Part shown: piece by piece, positions 29,512 to 39,361 of the stretch | Position numbering within the stretch: position 1 is the stretch's first letter | Layout of the letters: each line of letters starts with the position of its first letter | NCBI GenBank assembly: GCA_963779415.1 | Contig: CAVZYA010000002.1 | Location: 160,001-224,000, forward strand | Direction: 5' to 3' | Source of the DNA: an uncultured Acidobacteriota bacterium | GTDB lineage: Bacteria; Acidobacteriota; Thermoanaerobaculia; UBA5066 | DNA: 64,000 bases | The notes under the pieces: generated by a model | The model's database searches: none | What the model was told of the DNA's origin: nothing | What the model saw: only the letters and a program-made list of their open reading frames with translations | Made by a program: the position numbers and the translations under genes

Positions 29512-30807
29512 TCAGCCGAGGGCCACGTCGGCTTCGGCCCGGGCGATGAGGGCCCCGAGGTAACGCGACTTCACCTGCTCGCTCGCGAGAGCCCGCTTCA
29601 CGGGCGGGAGCTTCAGGACCGCCCCGAGAACCGCGCCGAGGATCCGGTGGCTCGCGAGCGTCCGGTCGTCGAAGACGAGGTCGGCGAGCTGTCCTCTTTC
29701 GAGCGCCATGACGACCGTCCGGTGAACGGTGTCGAGGGGCGGAATCATCCGGCGCTCGCGCCGGACGAGACGGAGAGCCTTCGGGCGGCAGGTCGGGACG
29801 CAGACGCCGCAGCCGAGGCACGCGCTTTCCTCGAGGCGGACCGTCCGCTTCTTCGGCGCCTTCGGATCGTTCGCCGAGACGAGGCCCATCGCCTCGACCG
29901 GACAGGCGGTCGCGCACTTTCCGCATCCGTCGCAACGCTCGCGGTCGATCCGGGGAATGAAGCCCGTCGTGTGAACCGGCTTGAGAAATCCGAAGCGCCG
30001 CTGAGCGATCAGCGCCTCGCAGCAGCAGCCGCAGCAATTGCAGATGAACGCGGGGCGTTTCTGCACGTTCTCGCCGAACTGGACGAGGCCGCGCCCACGC
30101 GCCGCATGGAGGAGGTCGAGTGTCTCGGCCTCGTCCGCCCGCCGGGCGAAGCCGTGCCGGATGAGCGACGAGGCCGTCGTCCCGAAGGTCATGCAGATCT
30201 CCATCGGGGCGTCGCAGGCGCGGCCGAGATGCTGCATCTTGTGCCGGCAGTAGCAGACACCGACGCCGATGTCCGAGGCCTCGCGGACGACCTCCGACGC
30301 CCTCTCCCAGTCGAGCACTTCGAGCGCGTCCCCGTCTTCGAGCACTTCCTCGTTCACGAAGGTCCGCCCGAGCTGCGTCTCGCCGCGGGTGAAGAGGTCG
30401 CGGACGAACTCTTCCTCGACGTTCAGGTACCGGTAGAAAAGCTCCGCCAGCGCCTTCTGGTCGACGTCGCCGCGGACGCGCATCATCGAGAACTCGAAGA
30501 AGCCGGCCATCGGCGGCGGGAGGACCCAGCGCGTTTCGCCCCCTCGGACCGCGTCGACCAGAAGGGCCCTCCCGGCAAGAGCTTCGAGGATCGGGCGGGC
30601 CTCGTCCGGCGTCATCTTCCACGCCCGCGCGGCCGTCCCGGCGGTGAAGGGCCGGATCGGGAGCCGGGCGACCAGCTCGGCCTCGCGCTCGCTGAAGAGG
30701 ATCCGGAGGATCCGGAAGAGGAGGTCCGCCGGCGGGGCGCCCTGCGGGAACCGGTTCAGGCGGCCGACGAGATCGTGGTAGCCGGAGCGGGCCGTCGCGT
30801 GTGCCAT
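29512..30807 (-). CDS. Multi-[4Fe-4S] protein (4Fe-4S dicluster domain plus Cys-rich CxCR / CNCCxCCC domain)
   Basis: CYCRH, ICMTF, ICNCCGCCCEA, CDGCGKCATACP and CLGCGVCVPTC motifs. Confidence 0.85.
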   Translation of the reverse strand: MAHATARSGYHDLVGRLNRFPQGAPPADLLFRILRILFSEREAELVARLPIRPFTAGTAARAWKMTPDEARPILEALAGRALLVDAVRGGETRWVLPPPMAGFFEFSMMRVRGDVDQKALAELFYRYLNVEEEFVRDLFTRGETQLGRTFVNEEVLEDGDALEVLDWERASEVVREASDIGVGVCYCRHKMQHLGRACDAPMEICMTFGTTASSLIRHGFARRADEAETLDLLHAARGRGLVQFGENVQKRPAFICNCCGCCCEALIAQRRFGFLKPVHTTGFIPRIDRERCDGCGKCATACPVEAMGLVSANDPKAPKKRTVRLEESACLGCGVCVPTCRPKALRLVRRERRMIPPLDTVHRTVVMALERGQLADLVFDDRTLASHRILGAVLGAVLKLPPVKRALASEQVKSRYLGALIARAEADVALG

Positions 30808-30940
30808 GAAGCCCTCGGGTGCCCCCCCGGATCGTACCTCCGGCCGCACCACGATCGCCCTGCCTCGGGAACCCGGCCGACGTCGCCGACGGAGGGGGCT
30901 TCCTCTGCTATCTTTCCGTTCGAACATCGAGGAAGACGGC

Positions 30941-31525
30941 ATGATCACGAAACTGCTCGACGGGAACCGTCATTTCGTCAAGGAGACGTTCGAGAAGGAT
31001 CGCGAATTCTTCGCGTCCCTCGCCAAACGCCAGAGGCCGACCGTTCTCTGGATCGGCTGCTCCGACTCGCGCCTCACGGTCAGCACGATCACGAACACGC
31101 GGCCCGGCGAGGTCTTCGTCCACCGGAACATCGCGAACATTGTCGCGACGAACGACTGGAACCTGAGCGCCGTTCTCGAGTTCACGATCAACCACCTCCA
31201 GATACCCGACGTCGTCATCTGCGGCCATTACAACTGCGGCGGGATCGCGGCGCTCGACCGGGGCGACAGCGAGGACAGGTACATCCCGATCTGGCTCATC
31301 AACGCCTCCGCCGCCATGAAGCGCGTCGACGAGAAGATCGAGGCGCTCCACACGGAGCTGGAGCCGGGACAGCGGCTCCGGCTGATCGTGGAGGAGAACG
31401 TCCGGCTCCAGCTCGAGCACCTGAGCGAGTACCCGTTCGTCAAGCGCGCCTGTGACGCCGGGAAGCTGACGCTACACGGCTGGGTCTACGACATGGGGAC
31501 GGGAGAGATCAGGATCCTGGCGTGA
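30941..31525 (+). CDS. can: Beta-class carbonic anhydrase
   Basis: WIGCSDSR, GEVFVHRNIAN, CGHYNCGG and HGWVYD motifs; RBS gagga. Confidence 0.93.
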   Translation: MITKLLDGNRHFVKETFEKDREFFASLAKRQRPTVLWIGCSDSRLTVSTITNTRPGEVFVHRNIANIVATNDWNLSAVLEFTINHLQIPDVVICGHYNCGGIAALDRGDSEDRYIPIWLINASAAMKRVDEKIEALHTELEPGQRLRLIVEENVRLQLEHLSEYPFVKRACDAGKLTLHGWVYDMGTGEIRILA

Positions 31526-33290
31526 CGGGGCGGACCACGAGGCGGAACTCGTCGCCCCCCGGTCGAAGGACGCGGAGCGCGACCGGCTTTCCGTCGACCC
31601 GCTCGAACGTGACGAAGACTCCAAGGACGCCGGCGACCTGAAACGCATCGGCCGAGACCGGCACGAGAACCAGGCTCGGCTCGCCCGGAAACTCGATCCG
31701 GAGCTTTCCCTTCGCCTCGGTCACGCGCGCCTCGATCGGACGGCTCTCTCCCGCGTAGCGCCCGATGAATCGAGCCCGTTCCGCCTCGGCCATCGGAACG
31801 GCCTTCCGGATGGGGGAGATAAGGGTGAACGGAGGGCGGAGGATCTTCGAGAGGCACGAGACGTCCAGCTCCTTCGCGCTTCCCTTTTCGAGGAACTCAC
31901 CGACGAGCGCTTCGAGGCAGCTCGCTTCCTCGAGCCCCTCGTGCCCGTGAGCCCCGTGCGGGACGACCAGCACGCGGCCGTTCGGGAGCGTCCGCGCCGC
32001 CTCCTCGGCCAGCGACGGGGGGGTGGCAGGGTCCCACTCTCCGACGACGAGGAGGGCCGGCGCTTCGGACCGAACCGCTCTGGCGTAGTCCTCGGGGACG
32101 GAGCCCCGAGGCCAGACGCCACATGCGGCACGCTGCTGCCGGAGGCGGTAGTCGCCGAGATAGGTTCCCTCGGCGGCCTTCTCGCCCTCGCCCGGCCTGA
32201 TGAAGGGAAGGTCTTCCGCGCAGGTGACGGAGAGATACATCCCCATGCTCCCCGACGCCACGATCTCCTTCCGTGCGAAGAGGGCGAACGCGGCGAGCGC
32301 GTCGAAGTTCCCGCCGGCCGCTTCGTGGAGCACGACGGGGACGAGACTCGCCCACCACACCTGATACGTCATGTACCGGATCGCCTCGCCGACGATGTCC
32401 CGGGAGAGCGTGACCTTCACGGGATCGCCCGTCGCTGGGTCGTACGTCTCCGCGGGCAGCGGACCGGCGGCGGCGCGCCCGAACACGGCGGCCGCTTCGG
32501 CGGCCAGCTTCGGAAAGGCGCGGTGACAGGCCGGCTCGGCCGCGCATTCGGAGAGGACGCCGTCGAACGCCCGCTGGGCCTTCTTCGGAATCGCAAGCGG
32601 CATGTGATCCGTCGTCGGCTCCACGCCTTCGAGGACCGCCGAGCGCACGTGCTCCGGATGGCGCCTCATGTAGACGAGGGCCGCCCTCGTTCCGTAAGAC
32701 CCCCCCACGAGATTGATTCGCCCGTACCCGAGCGCGGCGCGGACGTCGTCCAGGTCGTCCATGGCGATCGGCGTCGTGTAGAGACGGAGGTCGGCGTCCT
32801 TTTCGAGAGTGGCCTTGCACTTTCGGACGGCCTCGATCGGGAGAAAGTCGCCAAGAAGGCGCTGAGGGTCGGCACTTCCTCCGAAGAGATCGCAATCGAG
32901 CGGATGAGACGCGCCGGTGCCCCGCTGATCCACGAGGACGATGTCTCGCCGCTCCCGGATGGCAGCGAGCGCGAAGGCGAAACCGGCCGCTTCTTCCGTC
33001 GCCGCTGCCCCCGGCCCGCCGGTGAGGATGAAGAGAGGGTCGGGCGCCGCCGGCGGCTTCGTGGCGGGCAGGACGACGACCTTCAGATCGATCGTTCTCC
33101 CCCGTCGCGCCGTCCGATCCTCGAAGACCGCCACCCTGCCGCAGAGCGCCTTCGTCGAGACGCCCGGAAGGTCGCACGGCGAAAGGGGGACCGTCGGCGT
33201 CGCGCCCGCGGACTCGGTGGCGAGAATCCGGTCTCCGGGCCACGCTAGAGCGCTCGCGACGGCGAGGGGGAGAAGGATCGAAATCCGCAT
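31509..33290 (-). CDS. Secreted alpha/beta hydrolase (TAP-like peptidase family)
   Basis: Signal peptide; LTGGPG, DQRGTG, GGSYG (nucleophile Ser), DPATP and HGH motifs. Confidence 0.88.
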   Translation of the reverse strand: MRISILLPLAVASALAWPGDRILATESAGATPTVPLSPCDLPGVSTKALCGRVAVFEDRTARRGRTIDLKVVVLPATKPPAAPDPLFILTGGPGAAATEEAAGFAFALAAIRERRDIVLVDQRGTGASHPLDCDLFGGSADPQRLLGDFLPIEAVRKCKATLEKDADLRLYTTPIAMDDLDDVRAALGYGRINLVGGSYGTRAALVYMRRHPEHVRSAVLEGVEPTTDHMPLAIPKKAQRAFDGVLSECAAEPACHRAFPKLAAEAAAVFGRAAAGPLPAETYDPATGDPVKVTLSRDIVGEAIRYMTYQVWWASLVPVVLHEAAGGNFDALAAFALFARKEIVASGSMGMYLSVTCAEDLPFIRPGEGEKAAEGTYLGDYRLRQQRAACGVWPRGSVPEDYARAVRSEAPALLVVGEWDPATPPSLAEEAARTLPNGRVLVVPHGAHGHEGLEEASCLEALVGEFLEKGSAKELDVSCLSKILRPPFTLISPIRKAVPMAEAERARFIGRYAGESRPIEARVTEAKGKLRIEFPGEPSLVLVPVSADAFQVAGVLGVFVTFERVDGKPVALRVLRPGGDEFRLVVRPVTPGS

Positions 33291-33463
33291 CGTCGTCCTC
33301 CGGCTCTTCATACGGACCGGACGCGCCTCCGGTTCCTGTTTCGATGGGATCTGCGGAAGGCCTTGACCCGCGCCGCGCCGAGGATCAGACTCCGGATTCA
33401 TCGCGTTAACGCTCCTGGGACGGCGCGGCCGCCTGGCGCTGGCGTTCACGGCGGGAGGTCTTC

Positions 33464-35389
33464 ATGCCCCGGGTTCTTCTCACGAGCGTCTGTCGCCCCC
33501 TCGGGGAGCGATACGGCGACGCCCCGAGCGTCGGCTATGAGCTTCTCTTCGGACAGGTGACGCGGGCGCAGGGGCTGTTCAGCCCGCGCGCCAACCACGT
33601 GCAGTTCTCCCTCGAGTACGTCGCGGAGAACCTCGACGCGCCCACGACGGTTCTTCACTACCCGAGCCGGCGCGAGCTGGCGAGGGAGCTCGCCAGGGGT
33701 TACGACGTCGTCGGGATCTCCTTCGTCCTCTCGACGTTCCACCGGATGAAGGAGGCCGTGGCTCTCGTCCGGAAGCACTCCCCGTCCTCGAAGATCGTCC
33801 TCGGCGGGTACGGAACCGTTCTCTCCGACGAGGTCCTCCGGCCGTTCGCCGACCACGTCTGCCGCGAGGAGGGCGCCGGTTTCATGCGGCGCCTTCTGGG
33901 CGAGCCGGCCGCGGAGCCGCCCCTGAAGCACCCGCTCGTCGTCAGCCGTCTCCGGCTCTTCGGCCGCGAGGTTTCGCGGACCGGCATGGTCTTCGCGGGC
34001 CTCGGGTGCCCCAACGGCTGCGACTTCTGCTGCACCTCCCACTATTTCAAACGGAAGCACATCCGCCTGCTTCCGACCGGACGCGACATCTACCGCGTCA
34101 TCCAGCGGTACCTCGATGTCGAACCCGGCATGTCCATCGCCATCCTCGACGAGGACTTCCTCCTGAACCGGGCGCGGGCAATGGAGTTCCGGGAGTGCGT
34201 CCGCGAGGGGAACCGGCCTCTTTCGATCTTCGCCTTCGCGAGCGTGAAGGCCATCAGCCAGTACTCGGTCACGGAGATCCTCGAGATGGGAATCGACGGG
34301 CTCTGGATCGGGTACGAAGGGAGCCGATCGGGATATTCCAAGCAGTCGGGCCGTCCTGTGGAGGAACTCTTCGTGGAGCTGCGCGATCACGGGATCAGCA
34401 TCCTCTCCTCGATGATCGTCGGCCTTCCCTATCAGACGCCGGAGATCCTCGAAGCGGAGCTGTCGCACCTCCTGGACCTGAAGCCGACCCTTGCCCAGTT
34501 CCTGATCTACGGCCCGACTCCGGGAACGCCGTTCTTCGAGAGAGTCAAGAACGAGGGGCTGTTCCGTGAAGAGGTCGCGACGGATCCCGAAGGCTACTAC
34601 CGGCGCTGCACGGGCTTTTCTTCCGTCGTGAAGCACCCCGCGATGACTGCGGCCGAGATCGAGGCGATCCAGGAGCGCTGCTTCCGGGAGGACCTCCGGC
34701 GGCTGGGTCCGTCGATCTACCGATCGCTCGAGACCTGGGCCCTCGGCTACGAGAAGCTGAAGGACTCCGCCAGCTCCCTCCTCAGACAAAAGGCCGATCT
34801 CTTCGCTCGCGAGATCCGGAAGGCCTACCCCGTCCTCCTCGCCGGAAGGTTGCTGGCCCCCGGGCGGGATGTCCGCCGCCGCATTGGAGAGCTCGAGGAA
34901 CGGATCCATCGCGCGCTGGGGAGACCGACCCTCGTCGAGCGCATGCGGTCCGGCGTGGCCATCGCTCTCGCCGCGTGGACCGGCCTGATCCTCCGGCTCG
35001 GCCTTTTTCAGCACCCTTCGCTCACGCGGCACACGTTCCGGATACCGGAGGAGTCGCTTCCCTCCCGGGTCTGGCGCCGCCTGCGCGGGCATGACGCTGA
35101 GGGCCATCGGGTAGAGGTCGAGCTGCGGCCCGAGGCGACCGTCTGGGTGACCGTCGCCGGCCGGCTGTCGCTTTCCGGAGCGGACCGGCTCGCCTCCGGG
35201 CTCCGGGATGGCCTGAATCGCCGGAAGGAGCGGCTCGTTCTGGATCTGGCGCGACTGGCGCAGGCGGAGCACGAGGCGCTCGAGGAGCTCGCGGAACGCC
35301 TGCGCGACTACCGGGGCCGGATTCGGGTCGTCCTCCCTCCCGCTGGGGAGTTCGCCACCCTGGCCGCCGTCTTCGCGCTCTATCACTGA
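33464..35389 (+). CDS. Cobalamin-binding radical SAM protein with C-terminal STAS-like extension
   Basis: N-terminal B12-binding-like domain (YDVVGISF...KIVLGGYG); GCPNGCDFC (CxxxCxxC), DEDF, WIGYE and PTPGTP motifs; ~100-aa tail VAGRLSLSGADRL...LVLDLARL. Confidence 0.85.
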   Translation: MPRVLLTSVCRPLGERYGDAPSVGYELLFGQVTRAQGLFSPRANHVQFSLEYVAENLDAPTTVLHYPSRRELARELARGYDVVGISFVLSTFHRMKEAVALVRKHSPSSKIVLGGYGTVLSDEVLRPFADHVCREEGAGFMRRLLGEPAAEPPLKHPLVVSRLRLFGREVSRTGMVFAGLGCPNGCDFCCTSHYFKRKHIRLLPTGRDIYRVIQRYLDVEPGMSIAILDEDFLLNRARAMEFRECVREGNRPLSIFAFASVKAISQYSVTEILEMGIDGLWIGYEGSRSGYSKQSGRPVEELFVELRDHGISILSSMIVGLPYQTPEILEAELSHLLDLKPTLAQFLIYGPTPGTPFFERVKNEGLFREEVATDPEGYYRRCTGFSSVVKHPAMTAAEIEAIQERCFREDLRRLGPSIYRSLETWALGYEKLKDSASSLLRQKADLFAREIRKAYPVLLAGRLLAPGRDVRRRIGELEERIHRALGRPTLVERMRSGVAIALAAWTGLILRLGLFQHPSLTRHTFRIPEESLPSRVWRRLRGHDAEGHRVEVELRPEATVWVTVAGRLSLSGADRLASGLRDGLNRRKERLVLDLARLAQAEHEALEELAERLRDYRGRIRVVLPPAGEFATLAAVFALYH

Positions 35390-35439
35390 AGAAACGCCCG
35401 CCGTCGGCATTTGCCGCAGCCCGGGCATATGATTTCCGC

Positions 35440-36036
35440 ATGAAGATCGCCGCGACTCTTCTCCTTGCCGCCGCCGTCGCGGGGACGGCATCGGCCCAGG
35501 AGGCCGTGCCGACTCCCATACCGCAGAGCGTGGTCGTTCCGTCGCTCCCGGACCAGAGGAACAAGGAGACCAACGTCAAGCCGAGCGGCGCTCTCGCGAC
35601 CGACGCCGCCGGCTGGGTCCGGAACGGTCCCGACGCGACGGGTGGAAGCACGACGACGCCGAATCCCCGGAACGCGCCCTCGAGGGTCTCTCCGGGCGGA
35701 GGCGCGGGAGGAGGCATCCCGGCCCCTCCGCCCGCTCCTGCTCCGAGCGGGCCGGCGATCGTCAACGCGGCCTACGTCTCGGTTCACGGCGTCGTGAAGG
35801 CGTACCGGCCGGGGACCTCGATCACCGTCGTCGATGCCTCGGGACGCGAGCGGACCGTTTCTCTCGCACCGAACGCGACCATCTACGAAGGGCTCCGGGC
35901 GGGAGACAAGGTCGTCCTCCGTATCCCGCTCGAAAAGCCGGCGAACGGCAAGTCAGCGGACAAGATCGAGAAGGAAAAGCCGAAGACGGCCCCGCCCAAG
36001 TCGAAGTTCGCGGCGGCGCAGGCGCCCGCAAACTGA
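35440..36036 (+). CDS. Hypothetical secreted protein (Pro/Gly linker, small beta domain)
   Basis: Signal peptide ending ASA-Q; C-terminal HGVVKAY...SITVVD...GLRAGDKVVL; TATGAT-N6-ATG promoter. Confidence 0.65.
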   Translation: MKIAATLLLAAAVAGTASAQEAVPTPIPQSVVVPSLPDQRNKETNVKPSGALATDAAGWVRNGPDATGGSTTTPNPRNAPSRVSPGGGAGGGIPAPPPAPAPSGPAIVNAAYVSVHGVVKAYRPGTSITVVDASGRERTVSLAPNATIYEGLRAGDKVVLRIPLEKPANGKSADKIEKEKPKTAPPKSKFAAAQAPAN

Positions 36037-36065
36037 CCTCTCGCCGATAATCCCGGCGCACCGCC

Positions 36066-38942
36066 ATGAGCCTTGCCACCGGCACCCGGCTGGGTTCCTA
36101 CGAGATCCTCGCGCCTCTCGGCGCGGGAGGGATGGGGGACGTCTACCGGGCTCGGGACCGAAAGCTCGACCGCGACGTCGCGATCAAGGTTCTGTCCGAA
36201 TCTCTTGCCCGGAATCCGGACGCCCTGGCTCGCTTCGAGCGCGAGGCGAAGGCCGTGGCGGCTCTCTCGCATCCGAACATCCTGGCGATCCACGACTTCG
36301 GAAGCGACGCGGGCGTCTCCTACGCCGTGACGGAACTGCTGGAGGGCCGAACGCTCCGCGACCGGCTCGACGCCGGACCGATTCCCCTCGAGCAGGCCCT
36401 CGACTACGCGCTCCAGATCACCCGGGGGCTCTCGGCCGCGCACGAGAAAGGGATCGTCCATCGCGACCTCAAGCCCGAAGACCTCTTCGTCACCGATGAC
36501 GAGCACCTGAAGATCCTCGACTTCGGCCTCGCGAAGAGGACCGAAGAGGAAACGCCGGGCGACGAGACGAGCGCGCCGACGGTCCTGCGCCAGACGCAGC
36601 CCGGGACCGTGATGGGGACGGCAGGCTACATGTCGCCGGAGCAGGTGCGCGGCCGGCCGGTCGACCTCCGGTCGGACCTTTTCTCGTCCGGTGCGGTCCT
36701 CTACGAGCTGGTCTCAGGACGGCGGGCGTTCCGGCGTGACTCGGCGGCCGACACGATGTCCGCAATCCTCCGGGACGAGCCGCCGCCGCTCTCCGCGTCG
36801 GACCCGCCCGTTCCCGATGCCCTCGCCGACGTCGTCCGCCGCTGCCTCGAGAAGGAGCCCGCCCGACGCTACCAGAAGGCCTCGGAGATCAGCGCCGACC
36901 TCCGGCGGCTCGTCCGGGGCGACCGCCCCGCCGCATCCGCTCCGGGAGACGGGAGCCGCCCCGCGGAGTCCCGGCCGGCGGGCGTCCGTTCCGAACGCAG
37001 CGCCGTCGGCAGTGGAGGGCGGCGCCTTCTCCGCGGCGGGTTGATCGCGGCCGCCGCGGCTCTCGCGCTCGCCGTCGGCAGCTTCTGGATCGGGTCGCGC
37101 CGGGCCCCGAAGCTGACCAGCAGGGACACGATCGTCATCGCCGACTTTGCCAACTCGACGGGCGAGAGCGCCTTCGACGGCAGCCTCCGGCAGGCCCTGA
37201 CGATCCAGCTCGAGCAGTCGCCCTACCTGAAGCTCCTCTCCGCCCAGAGCGTCCGGTCAACCCTCAAGCTGATGAACCGGCCGCCCGACGCGCCGCTCAA
37301 CGCCGAGGCGGCCAGGGAGGTCTGCCAGCGCAGCAACTGCAAGGCCGTCGTGTCCGGCACGATCGACCGGATCGGGAGCCACTACCTCATCGGGCTTCGC
37401 GCGCTCGACGCGCAGAGCGGCGACGCCCTCGCCAGCGCCGAGGCGGAGGCGACCGGGCGGGACGACGTCCTGCGCCGGCTCGCGGGCGCCGCCAACGACG
37501 TGCGTACGAGGCTCGGCGAGACTCTCGCGTCCGTGCAACGCCACTCGACGCCGCTCGGCCAGGCGACCACGTCGTCGCTCGACGCGCTGAAGGCCTACAC
37601 GGAAGGGGTCCGCGTCCAGTGGACGCAGGGCGACGCGGCCTCGATCCCCTTCCACCGGCGGGCCGTCGAGCTCGACCCGGAGTTCGCGCGCGCCTACGCC
37701 ACCCTCGGCATGGCCTTGTCGAACGTGGGGCGGACGGACGAAGCGAGCGAGAACTTCACGAAGGCCTTCCGGCTCCGGAGCCGCGTCAGCGATGCCGAGC
37801 GCTTCTACATCGAGGCGACGTACTACGGCTACGTGACGGGAGAGCTGGAGAAGAGCAACGACGTCTACCGCCAGTGGATCGCCGTCTACCCCGAGGTCAC
37901 GACGCCCTACGTGAACATGGCCGTCAATCTCATGCTGATGGGGCGGTACGACCTCGCGGCCGACGGGCTTCGGAAGGCGATCCGCGTGAACGCCGAGTCG
38001 GGCGGAGGCCTCCTGAACCTCGTGGAATGCGAGGTCAGCCTCGGCAGGCTGGATGAGGCGAAGACGCTTTTCGCGCAGTCGGTCTCGAGGTTCCCCGGCT
38101 CGAGGTTTCTCCACCTTCAGGGGTACGAGATCGGCTTCCTCCTGCGGGACGACGCCCTGATGCAGCAGCAGCTCGACTGGGCGCGCGGCCGTCCCGGCGA
38201 CGAGGCGGCGCTCCTCTGGGCGCACTCGGAGACCGCTGCCTCCCGCGGCCGGGAGGCGGAGGCCCGCGCCCTCGCCGAGAGCGCCGTGAGGCAGGCGAAG
38301 GCCGCCGAGAACGCGGAGCAGGCGGCCCAGATGACGGCCTGGCTGGGCCTGCGGGAAGCGGACCTTGGAAACGACGCGACGGCGCGCCGGCGTGCCCCGG
38401 AGGCTCTCGCGATCCGGGACGGCCGCGACGAGAGGGTCGCCGCCTCGCTCCTCCTCGTCCGCGCCGGAGACGCCGCCGGGGGGCTGAAGATCGCAGACGG
38501 GCTCGACCGGCAGTTCCCCGCCGACACGATCCTCCAGAACTACTGGCTTCCCACGATCCGCGCGTCCGCTGCGCTGGCGGCGCACCGGCCGGAGGAGGCG
38601 CTCGCGGCGCTGGAGCGGACGAGGCCTTACGAGACGGGCGACCAGGGCTGGGGCCTTCTCTATCCGATCTACGTCCGCGGGCTCGCCGACCTCGCGGCGA
38701 AGCGGCCGGAGCCGGCCGCTGCCGAATTCGGCCGGATGCTCGCGAATCCCGGGATCCTGAGGAACTCCCTTCTCCGGCCTCTCGCCGAGCTGCAGCGCGC
38801 CCGGGCACGGAGAATGAGCGGCGACGTCGAGGCGGCGCGGACGGGCTATCGGGCCTTCCTCGATGCCTGGGCGGGAGCCGATGGGGACCTCACGGCCTTG
38901 AAGGAAGCGAAGGCGGAACTCGCGGCGCTGCCACGGCCATGA
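36066..38942 (+). CDS. Hanks-type Ser/Thr protein kinase with TM helix and TPR-rich C-terminal domain
   Basis: LGAGGMG, VAIK, HRDLKPED, KILDFGLAK, GTAGYMSPE and SDLFS motifs; TM segment; IADFANSTG; TPR repeats. Confidence 0.93.
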   Translation: MSLATGTRLGSYEILAPLGAGGMGDVYRARDRKLDRDVAIKVLSESLARNPDALARFEREAKAVAALSHPNILAIHDFGSDAGVSYAVTELLEGRTLRDRLDAGPIPLEQALDYALQITRGLSAAHEKGIVHRDLKPEDLFVTDDEHLKILDFGLAKRTEEETPGDETSAPTVLRQTQPGTVMGTAGYMSPEQVRGRPVDLRSDLFSSGAVLYELVSGRRAFRRDSAADTMSAILRDEPPPLSASDPPVPDALADVVRRCLEKEPARRYQKASEISADLRRLVRGDRPAASAPGDGSRPAESRPAGVRSERSAVGSGGRRLLRGGLIAAAAALALAVGSFWIGSRRAPKLTSRDTIVIADFANSTGESAFDGSLRQALTIQLEQSPYLKLLSAQSVRSTLKLMNRPPDAPLNAEAAREVCQRSNCKAVVSGTIDRIGSHYLIGLRALDAQSGDALASAEAEATGRDDVLRRLAGAANDVRTRLGETLASVQRHSTPLGQATTSSLDALKAYTEGVRVQWTQGDAASIPFHRRAVELDPEFARAYATLGMALSNVGRTDEASENFTKAFRLRSRVSDAERFYIEATYYGYVTGELEKSNDVYRQWIAVYPEVTTPYVNMAVNLMLMGRYDLAADGLRKAIRVNAESGGGLLNLVECEVSLGRLDEAKTLFAQSVSRFPGSRFLHLQGYEIGFLLRDDALMQQQLDWARGRPGDEAALLWAHSETAASRGREAEARALAESAVRQAKAAENAEQAAQMTAWLGLREADLGNDATARRRAPEALAIRDGRDERVAASLLLVRAGDAAGGLKIADGLDRQFPADTILQNYWLPTIRASAALAAHRPEEALAALERTRPYETGDQGWGLLYPIYVRGLADLAAKRPEPAAAEFGRMLANPGILRNSLLRPLAELQRARARRMSGDVEAARTGYRAFLDAWAGADGDLTALKEAKAELAALPRP

Positions 38943-38968
38943 CGGCGACGCGGCCACAGCCGGCAACC

Positions 38969-39023
38969 CATGATTCCCGCATGAGGATCGCCGCGACTCT
39001 CCTTCTGGCCGCCGCGGTCGCGG
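38969..39023 (+). repeat. Diverged direct repeat of 35428-35482 (-10 box plus signal-peptide coding start)
   Basis: catgattcccgcATGaggatcgccgcgactctccttctggccgccgcggtcgcgg versus tatgatttccgcATGaagatcgccgcgactcttctccttgccgccgccgtcgcgg. Confidence 0.8.
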
Positions 39024-39180
39024 CGCCGGCGCTCGCTCAAGCTACGATTTCGGATTCCGGAAGATCGACCTCTTCGTTCCCGGAAACTCCCTCGTCAATT
39101 TCCTCCCCGCCGAAAGTCCCGAGGCGGGAGTCAAGCGCCTCTTCGCCGAGCAGACGCTCCGGCCCCTCCCGCCCCATTGA
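38981..39180 (+). pseudogene. Remnant of a secreted-protein gene (signal peptide fused out of frame to a short C-terminal fragment)
   Basis: MRIAATLLLAAAVAAPALAQ, then in another frame SYDFGFRKIDLFVPGNSLVNFLPAESPEAGVKRLFAEQTLRPLPPH* with coding-like GC3. Confidence 0.5.
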
Positions 39181-39361
39181 GACCGTATCGCATCTTTGGT
39201 AGATTCCCGCCCGACGTGAGGCGGCCCTGGCCGTTCCGGTTCCCTCAGAGCCCGAGTGACGAAGGCGTGCGCGCCGAGAGGCTCGCGACCCCGAACCCGG
39301 TGACGTGAGTCACACGATGCCAACCCTCCCCCTCGGCACGCGTCTATCCGTTTCCCGGAGG

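Noticed and set aside
33291-33463. Cobalamin riboswitch upstream of the B12-radical SAM gene
   Set aside because: No recognisable B12-box or conserved core could be found by eye in this short divergent region.
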